A stretch of 64,000 bases of DNA, from assembly GCA_964106915.2 (NCBI GenBank), contig OZ066919.1. One strand, given 5' to 3'. Positions 1 through 12,900 of the stretch are shown here, piece after piece (the stretch's first letter is position 1; each line of letters starts with the position of its first letter). The notes under the pieces are model-generated. The model did no database searches and was not told the origin of the DNA. It was given only the letters and a program-made list of their open reading frames with translations. Position numbers and translations under genes: made by a program. The stretch is from Podarcis gaigeae. Its lineage: Eukaryota.

Positions 1-465
1 AACAAGTGGCAATGTGGATTTGGGGATTAGAGTCCCCCAAATGGTTTAGTCACACTTGATCCCGTGTAGCCAATGAGCTCACCCTTATAGTTTGGATCTG
101 GCATTTGTTAATTCAACAGTGTCCACTTTTAAAGTGAGGGGGAGTGTGTGTGCCAAAAAGAGGTGCTATACTTGGGGGTATACTTCTTTTTTCCTTATGG
201 AAAAGGTCATTGGTAGGGCTGTGTGACTTATCTCATATCCATTGCAGTACACATGAGCAATTTCCCATTCATTCTTTTGGTGCCATATTCTGTCCTTTAG
301 AATAAAAAGAAACTCTGAAAAGGGCATCCTTTTAAAGCGGAAAACAACAGGCAGATTGCAGGAAGCAAACTTGCAGTGTTGCAATAGAAGAGTGAGTTAG
401 AGGATGGAAGAGGCATTGCAAAAAGCCACTTGATCCTTTCCCCTCCCCTTAATATGGGCCAGCTG

Positions 466-594
466 CAGGGCTTTTTTTCAGCCAGAACTTGCCAGAACTC
501 AGTTCTGGCACCTCTCAGGTGGACGCCATTGCCATTAACAAGGGAGGTGTTCACGGTGAGTTCCAGCACCTCTTTTTCAAGAAAAATAGCACTG
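466..594. mobile_element. Short non-autonomous DNA element (MITE); second copy at 59839-59982
   Basis: Short terminal inverted repeats CAGGGCTTTTTT...AAAAATAGCACTG; two similar copies in the window. Confidence 0.6.
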
Positions 595-2774
595 GCCAGC
601 TGTATTCTGTTTAAATGTTTGCCTATCAAACATTTACAGTGCATGTGCAGTCAAAGGATTATGTGAATGCTTGTGATGGGTCCCCAAGTCTTGACCCCAC
701 ATGGGCCACAAGATTTTAAAGGAGACGTTCTCAAATTACTCTTCCATTTTTCAAGTAGATCTATTTCTGTATTATATTTCAAGTCACACAGTTTTTGACA
801 TTATTAGTCAAAAGATGTCTTGGAGGGCTGGCAGGTGGAAAGCAACTCGTGACATGACCCAGCATGTTCCAACCACTGGAGAGATGCTAATGAAGGTCTT
901 GCTGCCTGTTTTTGTTTCAGAGTAGATGTCTTCAAGGCTCACACCTTTTGCTCCCCCCCCCCCCCCGCACATGGCATGCTCTGAGCAAAGGTAAACTTGT
1001 TATGCTAACTTCACTCTCCTAGTGAAGTGTGCAAGTTTGTTTCAAACAAACTATCCAGGCAGGGTGTGTGTGTGTGCTATATAGTTTAGATACATAGACA
1101 GACAGATACATAGTTTAGTTTAGATACACAGACAGACAGATAATAGGCAGGCAGATATAAATATAAATAAAAATTAGGTCTAAGTTTCAGGCACACAAAA
1201 AATATCTATTTTGTACATACAGCACAAAATGAAGATGAGGGGGGAGGTGGCGAGGAAGAACACCAGAGAGATAAGAAAAATCAGAGCCAAGAATATAACA
1301 AAAACAGGACATAAAAAGTGGGGACTGCCGAGTGGTTGTGTGGCTTGATCCTCAGAATGAGATAAGACATTAAGCAGCAAATATGGGTCTGGAATCCTTG
1401 GGGAGGCCTAACTTGCAAAGAAAAAGTAGCAGCTGCGGAAGGAATTAAAAATCTTCCCCACGTACAGAAGTCCCCAACTTGATTTGTGGCATGCACACCT
1501 CTAAGAACCCTGACTGGGGGGGGGGGGAGCTTAAAAATATCCCCAAGATGTGTCACCCTTTCTCCACTGCTTCTCTTTGTATTGAAAAGCAGCAGCCCAG
1601 GTCCCCAGTTCTTCATTTGCCACTTTCTGATTCATTCTTAATACTCTGTATACCAGCAAACACATTCTTAGCACAGGACATACAAACAACTGCTGTGCTA
1701 CTGCAGAAATAGGTTAGGGTCTTGAAGTAAATGAAGGGCATGCCACACCCTTAAGGTGCATCTGATGCCAGGAATTCACAGGTGCCTGTGCTGGGTGTCA
1801 GAAGTGGGTGTCTGGGGCAGAGGGAGAGAAAGTACCAGTCTTTTCTTAGCCCTCCTATCTGTGTAGGAAAACACGGAACTAAGCTTTGAGTCGATGTTGT
1901 CAGCCCTTACTGTGGAAGAGTCTACAGATTCCAAAGTTTTGCCATTGAAATGGTCAGCAGCAGCTTTTACTTTACATCCAAGGAAATAATTTCATGGCAG
2001 ATCATCTTACTAAAACAGGTTGTAGAGTAAGGGAAAATGAAACTCTGCAAGGTTCACAAGCGCACCCTAGAGATATACCCTGGGCTCAATGGTCAAATAC
2101 ACACACACACACCTTCCAACCTCTAGAACTATCTGGGAAATTGTAATGTAGATGAAACACTGCAGGCTGTTCGCATGGGAAAGAGAACTGCAATATCTCC
2201 AACAGGGTAGCTGTGCAAGTGAAGGACAGCCAGGCATAAGATGGCAAGACAGTCTTCTTGTTGCCTCTTCTTTTCCCATCCATATCCAGGGCAGGAAAGG
2301 CAGTGCTAGAAGCCATAGACAGACAGGGGTTGCCTATCCCATGTTATTGTCGGAGACGAAAAAGGGAAAGACCAGCCTGCACACGCAACCCCATTGCAGC
2401 CTTGCTTACTGGGGTTGCACAGTGACTTACATGTTCCGGCAAGATTTCACAGGGCTGTTTGTGAGATCTCACTGGAACCCCAAACCCGCCACATCTCAAT
2501 TCTGCAGTAGCAGCGGTGGCTAGGTGGGGTACCTGCAGTGCTCCTTCGAGATCTTGCCAGAACCCACCGCAGCCGCTTCTTTGGGGGAGGGTAGGATGCC
2601 CACAGCAGTGCCGCTCCTTGGATTCTGCCACCCAAGGCAGCTGCTTTAGTCTGCCACATGAACAGGCCAGTCCTAGAGACAAAACTACACCTTTACTTCT
2701 TATGTTTATCTCAGGATAAGATTAACCTATGGAACTCACTCCCACAGGAGGTAGCGAAAGTCTTTAAAAGAGTC

Positions 2775-2968
2775 AGAAAAACTCATAGAGGTTAAGGCTA
2801 TCAGTGGCTACAAGTCATGATGGTTGTGCTCTGCCTCCAGTCAGAGGGAGAAATTCTTTTGAAAACGTTGCTGGAAACTATTCCACTTCTGCTTGAGAGT
2901 TTCCCAGAGTCATCTTGTTGGCCACTTTGGATTTGATGAGCCATTGGCCTGATCCAGCAGGCTCTTAA
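2775..2968 (+). mobile_element. Degenerate CR1-type 3' UTR fragment
   Basis: Ends TGGCCTGATCCAGCAGGCTCTT, shared with the copy at 62415-62502. Confidence 0.5.
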
Positions 2969-2998
2969 GTTGCTCAGTGCTGAGCAGCAGCCCTGAAA

Positions 2999-3046
<48 letters not shown>

Positions 3047-3377
3047 TTATTATTTATACCCCGCCCATCTGGCTGAGTTTTCCCCAGCCACTCTGGGCGG
3101 CTCCCAATCAGTGTTAAAAACCGTACAGCATTACATATTAAAAACTTCCCTGAACAGGGCTGCCTTAAGATGTCTTCTGAACGTCAGGTAATTCTTTATC
3201 TCTTTGACATCTGATGGGAGGGCGTTCCACAGGGCGGGCGCCACTACTGAGAAGGCCCTCTGTCTGGTTCCCTGTAGCCTCACTTCTCGCAATGAGGGAA
3301 CCGCCAGAAGGCCCTCGGTGCTGGATCTCAGTGTCCGGGCTGAACGATGGGGGTGGAGACGCTCCTTCAGGTATACA
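2999..3377 (-). mobile_element. L2-clade LINE 3' fragment with expanded (TAA)n tail
   Basis: Reverse complement of the 59279-59690 copy; about 15 TAA units at 2999-3045. Confidence 0.85.
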
Positions 3378-4664
3378 GGCTAAATGGCTAAATGATGTAC
3401 GTTGCTCCTTATGATCAGGTTTCAGCAAGGTTTCACACTCACAAGAGTAAAGGCAGACCACATAAAAGCCCAATTTTTGTCTTTATTTCTAACCCAAATA
3501 TTGCAAATATACAGAAAAATACCAGTACAAATTTATAATATAGCCAGGCTTATTTACAAACTCTATACATGGCTCCTTTATTTTTCTTCTGCACCTTGCC
3601 TCAGACTGTACATCTTAAGAAATTGTGTGTAGAGGAGTGTGTTAGCTATGGCTTTTTGTTATGTTATATTTTACAGCCATTATGCACATGGTCTGGTCTG
3701 GTCTGCCTTACAGACACATCAGGGAGAGAATGATACTTCAAAGCTCATGCAATGGCAACATTTCCAGGACTGCTTTGTCACTTAGGCAGCACCCTTAGAG
3801 CAGTGACGAAGATGCAGTGTTACCTACATACTCAACACTATGGAGGACAAGGCTACTGTTGTGTACGGCAGCAAATGTGTGACAGTAACAAGGACCTGGT
3901 TAGTTTATTGAGGTTTCTAGTTCCTTGAATGCTCTCACTTTATAAGCCAATGTGCCACAATGTAGAGTGTCTTATGAGAGGGGAATCAACAGAAATGGAG
4001 CAATGGAACAGGTCATGCCCAGTAATGAACTCCCTTACCTAACCACCCTTCCAGAGATGCTTTAATAAACATAAAAAATAGGACATATAATAGCAAGAGT
4101 AAGTAGTCAGATTATGTTCTCAGTGAAATGGAAAAGGTCATCACCAGCTACATTACAGGCTTTCCATCACAATCCCAGCCCAGCACTTAAAAGAGTTTCA
4201 GCCACATCACATGGATAGTAAAGCGATTTGAACCTGGCTCTGCACAGAACAGATGTACACAAGAAGTTCAAATATGTTAAGAGCAGGGGTTTTGGAGCAG
4301 CTGTCAGACACAAGGCTATTGAGCCCCCTTCAGTTCCTGGTTGAGTTACTGCGAGTTTAATATTGACTGTAAACAGCACTCTTATTTACATGCAAGTGTG
4401 CTTCTGTACCAGGTTTAAATGGAGTGAGAATAAACAAGAAGTGGAATAAGCTACAAGTGTCTTCCAGGGACAAATGTTCCTCCTTGCCATGTGTTCCTTG
4501 TTGGTACCTTCTGCAAGGGACAAAATAATTTTATACCAAGGAAGACAATAACACCCTGAGATATAATCAAATGATGCAGTGATGTAAGGGAGGAAGTAAG
4601 GGCCCAATAAAAAAGCACAGTAAAGCCAAAGTAACTGTGGGAAAAACAAATCCAGGACAGACAC

Positions 4665-4670
4665 TTTATT
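4665..4670 (-). promoter_or_regulatory. Candidate SORT1 polyadenylation signal (AATAAA), implying a 3' UTR of about 2.2 kb
   Basis: AATAAA on minus strand followed by GU/U-rich sequence; other hexamers exist (e.g. near 3904), so the true end is unresolved. Confidence 0.4.
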
Positions 4671-6886
4671 TCATGTTTCTGACTCTCATTATTACCAAAA
4701 AGAGGGGTGGAAAGCTCTGTGACTTTAGCAACATGTCCTAACCACTAGGGCATAATTGATAGCCACCGAATATCTAACAAATCCTGCTTCTTTGAAGAAA
4801 GGCAAGTTAAACTGATTAATGGTGGAAATATCCAACAGTCAGTGCCTCCTGAAAAATTGCGGAGTGTGGCATTCAGAGGGTAGATGCCACTGTGGAGAAG
4901 GACCACTTCCAGACTGTCGCTGGATGACACTCAGCAGGTTGCAGCATTACCAGCAAGTTTTCCTCTGATAATCTTAGGGAAGTACTGGGGCTGGGTAAGG
5001 GGAAGGTGGTCCTTAAGCATCACACACACCAGAGACCCTGGGGAAAATATGCTATGTGTCCCAGGGCTCCTCGTGTCTGGATGCATGCCCTAGCACCACA
5101 AGGGAGCAAAGGCAACATCAGCCTGAAACCTCCAGTGAGACCTTCCTGTTAGTGCTGCCTCACCAGCAGGAACACTTGGGGAATAAAAGCAGAGTGGGGC
5201 AAGTTCCAGTATAGGCGTTCATAGCAAGATTAAGGGTACAGGTGGTATGTGGAAGGTATTCAGACCCTGCCACGCTCCCAACACAGGTGAGTGGGGAATC
5301 ATATTTTGTCTAGGGGCTTATCCACACTTCCTCTTGTCCTGCTGCTTTCCTCCAGGGAAAACTGCTCTTTAACAATAGATCTTAACAAATTGCAACCCAA
5401 CCCGAATTGCCATTTGTTGCGATCAAGCACAAAAGAGTGGTTTTCCCTGGGGAAATGCAGCAGGAAGTGTGGACAAATTGTGACTAATCACTCACCTATG
5501 CTGGAATAGAACAAAGTCCTAAGATAAGTGTAAAAAGTACCACTGGGGACCAAATTCAAGAAAATACATTACTGAATGTTATGAAGGTCTTTCAAGTTCA
5601 AACATGTCTCTCCAAGCATCTCAGTCCCTTCAAAGCAACAGAAGCCGAATATTACCTATGCCACGCACTGGCTCAATACTTTGTGTTTCTATGGATTCCC
5701 TATAGTAAGAATCCCTTGGTTCTTACTATAATAGCTACTGGAGTGGGATGCCTCCGCCGCCAATTCACATCCCAACAGGCCAACTTTTAGCTACTGAGTT
5801 CAAGAAACTTAACTTACTACCTTCTCCAGGTTCAATTCACAATACCCTCTGTGAACCCAAAAAATATTGAGAAATAGTTCTGATTCCACATGGCACATAA
5901 CAGTCAAACTGTGTTGCTGAACAGAAGTCAGAAAAACATAGTAGCAAAGCGGTGCATGTGTAGCAACCACTGATCTACGTATAATCTAAAAATATAATGA
6001 AAATTAGAAACAATACATCATGCTGCTGCTGGTAGCGCAACAAAACTTTCCTTCAAGAACCTGATTTAAAGCAAACAATTTCTGTTCCTTCATAACATTC
6101 TGAACAAGTCATATTTCTGAAATATCTGTATACGTAGTCTTACAGTTGATAAATTTACCCCCACCCCCACCCCCATGCTTTTGCTTTTTAGATTTATGGC
6201 AACACACATGCCGATTTCACAGTTTAGTTCCTTGGAATCGGAGAGCCACAGAGTTGCTTCTAGCCTTGGAATAATCTCTGCTTTGCACGGCACACACCTG
6301 CTCAGTTGATTACATTTCAGTGAAAACGAAAAGCAACCCTGTTTTGGCACACAGCCCCGGGATGCTGGTTAGCTTTCTCAGTCCCTGCCATAGCATCTCA
6401 TTGCCCTGCTTGCTAGGAGAAGTGCTGCTCACACTGCAACAGCTTCAAAGCAGTGTCATCACAGTGTTGGAGTGGAACATGTCCCCCACCCAGGGATTTG
6501 GAGCCTTCTCCTAGTAGCAAGGTATGTTGTACCTAGTAATGCTAATATTTAACGAAATGTTGCTTTCACATTCCTATTTAGTTTTCCTTTAAGAGTTGGA
6601 AAAAGAAATCTGATTAAAACAAAGTTACATTTTTTTTTATAAAAAAGGTTTCCCTTCTTCCTTATTCAGAGCTGCAGTATCTCCCCCTTCTACACCCACC
6701 CACCCAAAGCAGTTCTTGCAGCCTTCTTGGTTTTAGACAGTTTGATGGAAGCAGTAGGAACACAGAATCCCTTGGATACGGAAAAGGCATTCAAATTAGA
6801 AGTAAAATGAACCGTCTGCATTCGTGCCCTTCTGTAGCAGCATCTAAATCCATGTGAATCCAATTCTAGTTAGATCTGCAATATCA

Positions 6887-6901
6887 CTATTCCAGAAGGT
6901 C
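6887..6901 (-). CDS. SORT1: SORT1 exon 20 coding part: DLLE-stop (TAG followed by TGA)
   Basis: Polypyrimidine tract plus cag, then GAC CTT CTG GAA TAG; completes the acidic dileucine motif. Confidence 0.95.
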   Translation of the reverse strand, partial: DLLE

Positions 6902-9900
6902 CTGGGAAGAAAAGAGGGGAAGATAATACTTCTTGTTAACATTTGATGATCATTATTCTTTGTGGTTTTGCTGTGGCGAATACAACCCACTTAGCCCCCC
7001 AGAGATATACAGCTGTTTCTTTTTCAAAGTGACATAAGCCAAAAATCACATGCTTGGGGTTCAAATTTATCTTTCTAACCCAACATGTACTGCTCAGAAA
7101 GATGCATGGTGTGCGCACATACACATCAGTTACAATCACTTGCCTCATCAGAATCATCATGGTAGCCCGTTTTATTGGCATCTGGTGTGTCAATTCCATC
7201 AAAGCCGTTAGCTTCCGCATGCTGCTGCAGGACAGAGTATCGGTGAACCAGAAACCTAGGGGGCATGACAAACACACATGAAATGAACTTGGCCCTATGG
7301 CAGTAGCATCAACATTCTTCGAACAGAAGTGAATATAATGTCCAGAGACTTTTGGAAGAACTTTATATGGGTTGCTGCTGAGACACCATATCTCTGGCTG
7401 TTTTATCTGGTCTAAGCCAATAAACATTGGGTAACTTTAGAACCTATATAGGATTTTTTTAAAAAAAAAACAAAACCTGGCAGTGCAACAGTGCTACATG
7501 GATCCATCTGTCATTTTGAGCTAAAGTGTCGTAGGCATGCAGCTGGCATGTAGTTTTATCTCTCCTAGCAAAGTTGTGGAACAGGTATTGAGATGGATGA
7601 GGGATGAAGGCAAGAATATAAGAGTCTAGTTCAGCATCCTCTTCTCACAGTAGCCAACTAGATGTCTATGGGAAGCTCAAATCAGGCAAGACAGAGGTAC
7701 TGTGGGCAGGCAAGCCTGCTGATCTAGGAATGTTGTGACCAGGGTTGCCATGATCATGTTTGCAGTTTGGGGGTTCTCCTGGACTCAGAGCAGTTTATGG
7801 AGGTACCCATGACATCAGTTGTCAGGCACTCCTTATGGGCTGTGGTCAATTTGCCAGTGACATTCCTTCCTTTGTGAAGAAAGTGGATCTGACTATGGTT
7901 ATTCATGCCCTGGTTACATCAGATTGGGTTATAATGTGCTGTACGTGGGTCTGCTTTTAAAGACAATTTAGAAGTGCCAACTGGTGGAGACTGCTTGGCC
8001 CCCATAAACAGTTGTAGTCTGATATAAAGCCTTATCTGTACTAACTTCAGTGGTTGCCAATGTATTTTCAGGTCCAATCTAAAGCACTCGTTGTTAGTTT
8101 TAAAGTCCTAAAGCATTTGGGATCTGGTAATTTGAACAATTGCTTACACTTCTGTTTGGGCTCCAAGACCAGCCACAAAGACCTACCACTAAGATCTATC
8201 AGGTCGACAAACAAAAGAGCACCTTTCAGGATGGCCCTGTCCCTGTGGAACTCCTTCCCACAGAAGCCTCTCTGGCTTGTTTTAAATGGGCCTTACTGAC
8301 TTCACTATCCCAATCTGCTTTTAACTGAATAAGGTTGGTGGTTTTATAGTTACAACTCCTGCTGTTTTATGTATGTGTTATGTTACATGGCTACTGTTTT
8401 CCTGTTTTGAATTGGTTTCATGCTCTTAATTCTGTGGTGGGAGAGTCTCTGGCACTGAAAGGCAGCATAAAAATAACTGAATATTAGTTAAAAGTAAGAA
8501 TGATCTTGCCAATCCCTTCCCAAGGCTCACCTTCCTCCACAAACGTATTTCTTAATGATGACTACTCCAGCTACAGCAGTCATAAGCATCAAGCCTATTA
8601 CAGCCAGGATGACTGGAGTGGAGTTGGAGGAAGTAGACTGTAGAAAGAAAAGAGAGAGATGCATCAAGATTTTATGACAAATTATTAGATCACTTCAATT
8701 ACCAAGTCATTTCTATAATGATTCTCCTAGCTTATTCTCCATACCTCAAGAACTTACTCTCTTGCCCTGCATGGATCACAGGAGGATTATAAAGATTTGG
8801 GGAGAGAGAATGAAACAGCTGATTTTGGAAAGGGTGAAATTTGACTACTTGGTTCAGAATGCCAAACCGCACCGCAGCTTCAGCAGCAAATTTGGAAAGC
8901 TCATTCATTTTACTGCTTGAACAGAGTCAAGGTTAATATTGGCAAAGCATTTTAAGAAAAACTGCTTCTCAAATATTAACTACAAATGGGCTGTTTTTCA
9001 AGCACTCTTTTTACATTGGTTAGATTACTCTCTTTCTCCCTCTCATATATATAGGCAGCCGGCAGCCTTTGAACTATATGCAGCCCCCAGCCCAATTTCA
9101 ATTGACCCCCTGCATGCCATCACTGCAGGCCTCTGACAAGAGTGATCTGTCACTCTAGTACACTGGGGAGGAAAAAGAGAAGGGGGTTCAGAGAGAAAAA
9201 AGGGGTGATTCCACTCACCAGTGGCTTTCCCCTGCCAGCATGTGGCCTCACACAGAATAACCCAAGGAAATATGGCCCTTGAAAGGAGAAAAAGGTTGCC
9301 CACCCTTCCTCTATCGCTTTGCCCACTACAGTTCTTTCTGCACTTTTAAAAACTCACCAGCTGACTTGAGTTCAAGTAGTTGCTAGTGCATTTTTTCTTC
9401 AGATCAGTCTCTTCACGAATGGGATTTTCCCCACCAACACATTTGTCTCCTGGGATCTTCCGATATCTGAAATTCAACAAGAGTCTCATTAATCTATTAT
9501 TGCGAAGCTTCTTTTATTAGTGACAGCTCTCCAAGCCACCTAAATTAGCTAACCCCTTCATTTCCAAGCATCAGTGGGAAGTCAAGAACATGGTTTCTTT
9601 CAGGGCTGAGCACCTAGAGAGGTATGCATGTCAGGTCTATAGGGCTGCAGTGGCCTCCAAGAAAACATGGAAGTCACATGACATGAAAGTCCAGAATTCT
9701 CAAACAATAAATGCAAGCATGGCATGCTAAATTATTTCAGCTGCTTCTGGTCCACAGAATTTACAAGCCAAGATAGTTCTATCTTGAGAACTATCTCCCC
9801 ACCCAATACAGAATACAGAATGAATCACCTTAAATGTATTACAGATGGCTATACTACATCTTCTACTGGGAGATATAGTGCCATGGTCGCAACAGCAAGG

Positions 9901-12900
9901 GGCATATTTTGATTCTAAGGGAGATTCTTACTGTTTCAGAAACACAGCGTGTTCAGAGAAAGGAAGAGAATAATTTTACAGCATATTTGCAGGGCATCAG
10001 AATATAGTCCTCTTCCCAGTAGACTACATATATCTGTTTTATAAAAACAAGTACACACAGGACCAAGCCATCTCCTCCATCTATTATAATCATAGAAAAT
10101 TACCCGCTGGTCTTTAGCCGCTCTCGCTTCCCATATAGACAAAATTCTAGGTCATGCCCCTTCAGCTCTGGCTGCTCCACACACTTGGAATGGTTTTCTG
10201 GACGGTAGTAGCCAAAATCACTGCATCACAAATCCCAAGAGTAGGAAGACAGACATTAACAACCCACGCACAGTATGAGTATCAACTCATGCATCACCTC
10301 ATTATTGCTGCAACTAAAAGACCTAGTATGTGGTTGTTCAAACTAGAATTATACATTTTTAATGGTTATTCGGGAATTTGGTGATAATACTTCACATCCC
10401 TAGTTGTATCACTGGCCCATTATACTGACAGAATATTCAGGAGGAGAAACTACCCTATGATGAAGCATCCAGTTTCTTCAGGGGTGGCAAATACATTTCA
10501 GCCCAATAGATGCATTGAGGGTTAGCCATACTGCCAAGAGCCACATGCCAGCAGTGAGTGTGGTTGAAGTGGGTATAGCCAACACACACACACACACACC
10601 AAACAAACAAGAAGACAAATGCTGATTAAGTTGGTGCTGCAGAGGGGAGAATTCCCTGTGTTTTTTCTTCCCACTGCTAGCTTGGGGGCTTTCCTCCTAC
10701 CCTAGAGCTGTAATAGCAAGGAAAAGAAAAATGTCTTCAAGGTCTTAACTCTGAATGACACTGCACCATAGGGATAAATGGTTCCCATGCTAGAAGACAT
10801 TAGAAGAAAGGGAAAAGGCTTTAGAAGACTTTTCTGTTTCCTTCTTATAGGAGCTCCTAACAAAGGCACTGCACCAGAGGGAGATGTGGAGCTTTTCAAA
10901 AAAAAATAAAAAGAGGTGCCAGAAGAAAAAAAAAAGGTTGTGGGTCACCAAAAATGGCAGGCTACAAGTTCGCCAACCCTGAATTATTTCCTACCAAGCA
11001 TTAGCAATCTAATTTGCTAATATGCAGCACACGTATCCATGGCAATGAATGTGGCCCTGAATGGAAAGCAGATTCAGTGTCAACAATGAACCCATGCAAA
11101 CTGAAAAATTAGAACAGAAACCCATTTCAGTGCTGCTTGATAAACTGGCTGTGAATGAAAATGTTTTTTAAATATTCAAAAAGCAACAGCAGGTGGGAGA
11201 AGATGATAGAGATATTGGGTACTGATTCCTTCTAGGGCCCTCTAAAACAACCCCACAACCAGATTGACATCAATGTTGTTACTGGTTTTGTACAGCCTCA
11301 AAATCTATTGTGAGAAATCCAGATTGATCTCTCCATTTCCCCAGCACTCAAAAACCAGTGCTAGGCTAAAACTTGTCCTCCAATTTTGCAAGGTCATTTG
11401 CCCCTTTGCAAACTGGGGAGCTGTTTTCTGCACCTTTCATCACTGCTACATTTGTAGAAATTTGTGTGTGTGCATTGCTTGTCTTATTCAACCATATGAG
11501 GTGGCTAAGGAACCCTCTTTTTCCTCACTGAGCTCACTTGAAGTAGTTCAGAACTTACACTGGCTTCCATTTCAACAAAACATCCTGGAACACCCACATA
11601 ACTATGTGATGTCAGCAGCCATATGGGTATACCAGGAAGTACTGCTGGGATGTAAGCCAGCATACAGAAAGCTTTCCATGGCTGCAAGTGTGCACAAAAT
11701 TTCAGCTTTTAAAAACAGCTTCTTAAAGCTTGGGTGTTCCAGGAAGTCCTGCCAAGCTGGAAACCAAAATGAGGTCCATGTTGCTGTGAGTGTGGTGCTT
11801 TTGTTTATACAACATTTCAAGAGAAAAGCAAGATGCTTTAGCCATCTCATAAGGTGGCGGTAGTGGAAATATCTGCTTATTCCCACCTTGCTCTTTTTGA
11901 AGGCATGCTCAGTTCACACATACACTGCCCCCTTGAGTGGTTTTAAAAAAGAAGCCATTCAGGTTTAAGTCCAGCACTGTTCAAGACACACATTTATTGC
12001 AGTAATTTGTGTACTCTGGACTATGGCTCTGCAAGTTTAAGGGATGCAAAGGCCATGTTCAGTCTCGTTATTTTCAGGTATGAATTAATCATATACCAGC
12101 AAATTCAGTTTGTGCAGTTAAAGTGAATTTGGCACTCTTGCACAACAAACCTGCTTACAATCCCCACCCACCCTGCCAAAACACCCTGGGATTTTTCTGG
12201 TAACAAAAGGGATGGGAAAATGCACTGGAAAGTGTGAAATGCTGATGTTGTGCAGCATTATATCTGTGCAAAGAAATCAGGATGAATGCTCAGTTAAACA
12301 GGTCATCAGAATGAGCCAGTACATGCTAGAGTCCAGTAGAACAAGCTACCAGCAACACAGTTCTGCTCCCTAGTGTCTGAACTATTTTCCGTCTTCTTAA
12401 ATTACACTCCACCCTTTTCGTTGTTCATTTTTCCACAGCTGAATGCTCCCCACAGAAGTTATTGTGAGGGCCTTTTTAAAGCAGCACACACAAGCAAAGC
12501 TGAACATCAGACGTGACTATTTACTGCAAAACCTAGCGGCTTAAACGAGAAGCCATTGACATGCAGCTTATTTTCATGATCAAGTTCCCAGCCTGAGACT
12601 ACAAGGAAAAGAATAAACAAGCAAGCAGCATCTGCTTAAGACCCTGAACCACAGGAAGTCTCAGTAGGAACTTCTCATGGTCTAAAGCTGTGTGCACACC
12701 ATACATTTAAAGGACATGACTTCCCCTAAAGAATCCTGGGAGTTGTAGTTTGTTATGGGTGCTGGAAACTGCAGCTCTGTGAATGGTAAATCACAGTCAC
12801 CAGGATTCTCAGGGGGAAGTCATGTGCTTTAAATGTATGGTGTGTACACAGCCCAAGTGTAGGATATGTTTATTGTCTGCCCCTCTCCCAACACCCCAGT

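Noticed and set aside
1-2700. Exons of the next downstream gene (MYBPHL/PSRC1/CELSR2 in human)
   Set aside because: No recognisable coding homology; only microsatellites and old repeats
6884-6889. Tandem stop codons after SORT1 (TAG TGA) and after PSMA5 (TGA TGA)
   Set aside because: Common and plausibly chance; if anything argues against read-through
6936-7427. 163-aa minus-strand ORF
   Set aside because: Alternative frame across exon 19 and its flanking introns; the conserved frame is FLVHRYSVL
11264-11863. 199-aa plus-strand ORF in intron 15
   Set aside because: TTG start, no recognisable homology or splice structure; compatible with a chance ORF
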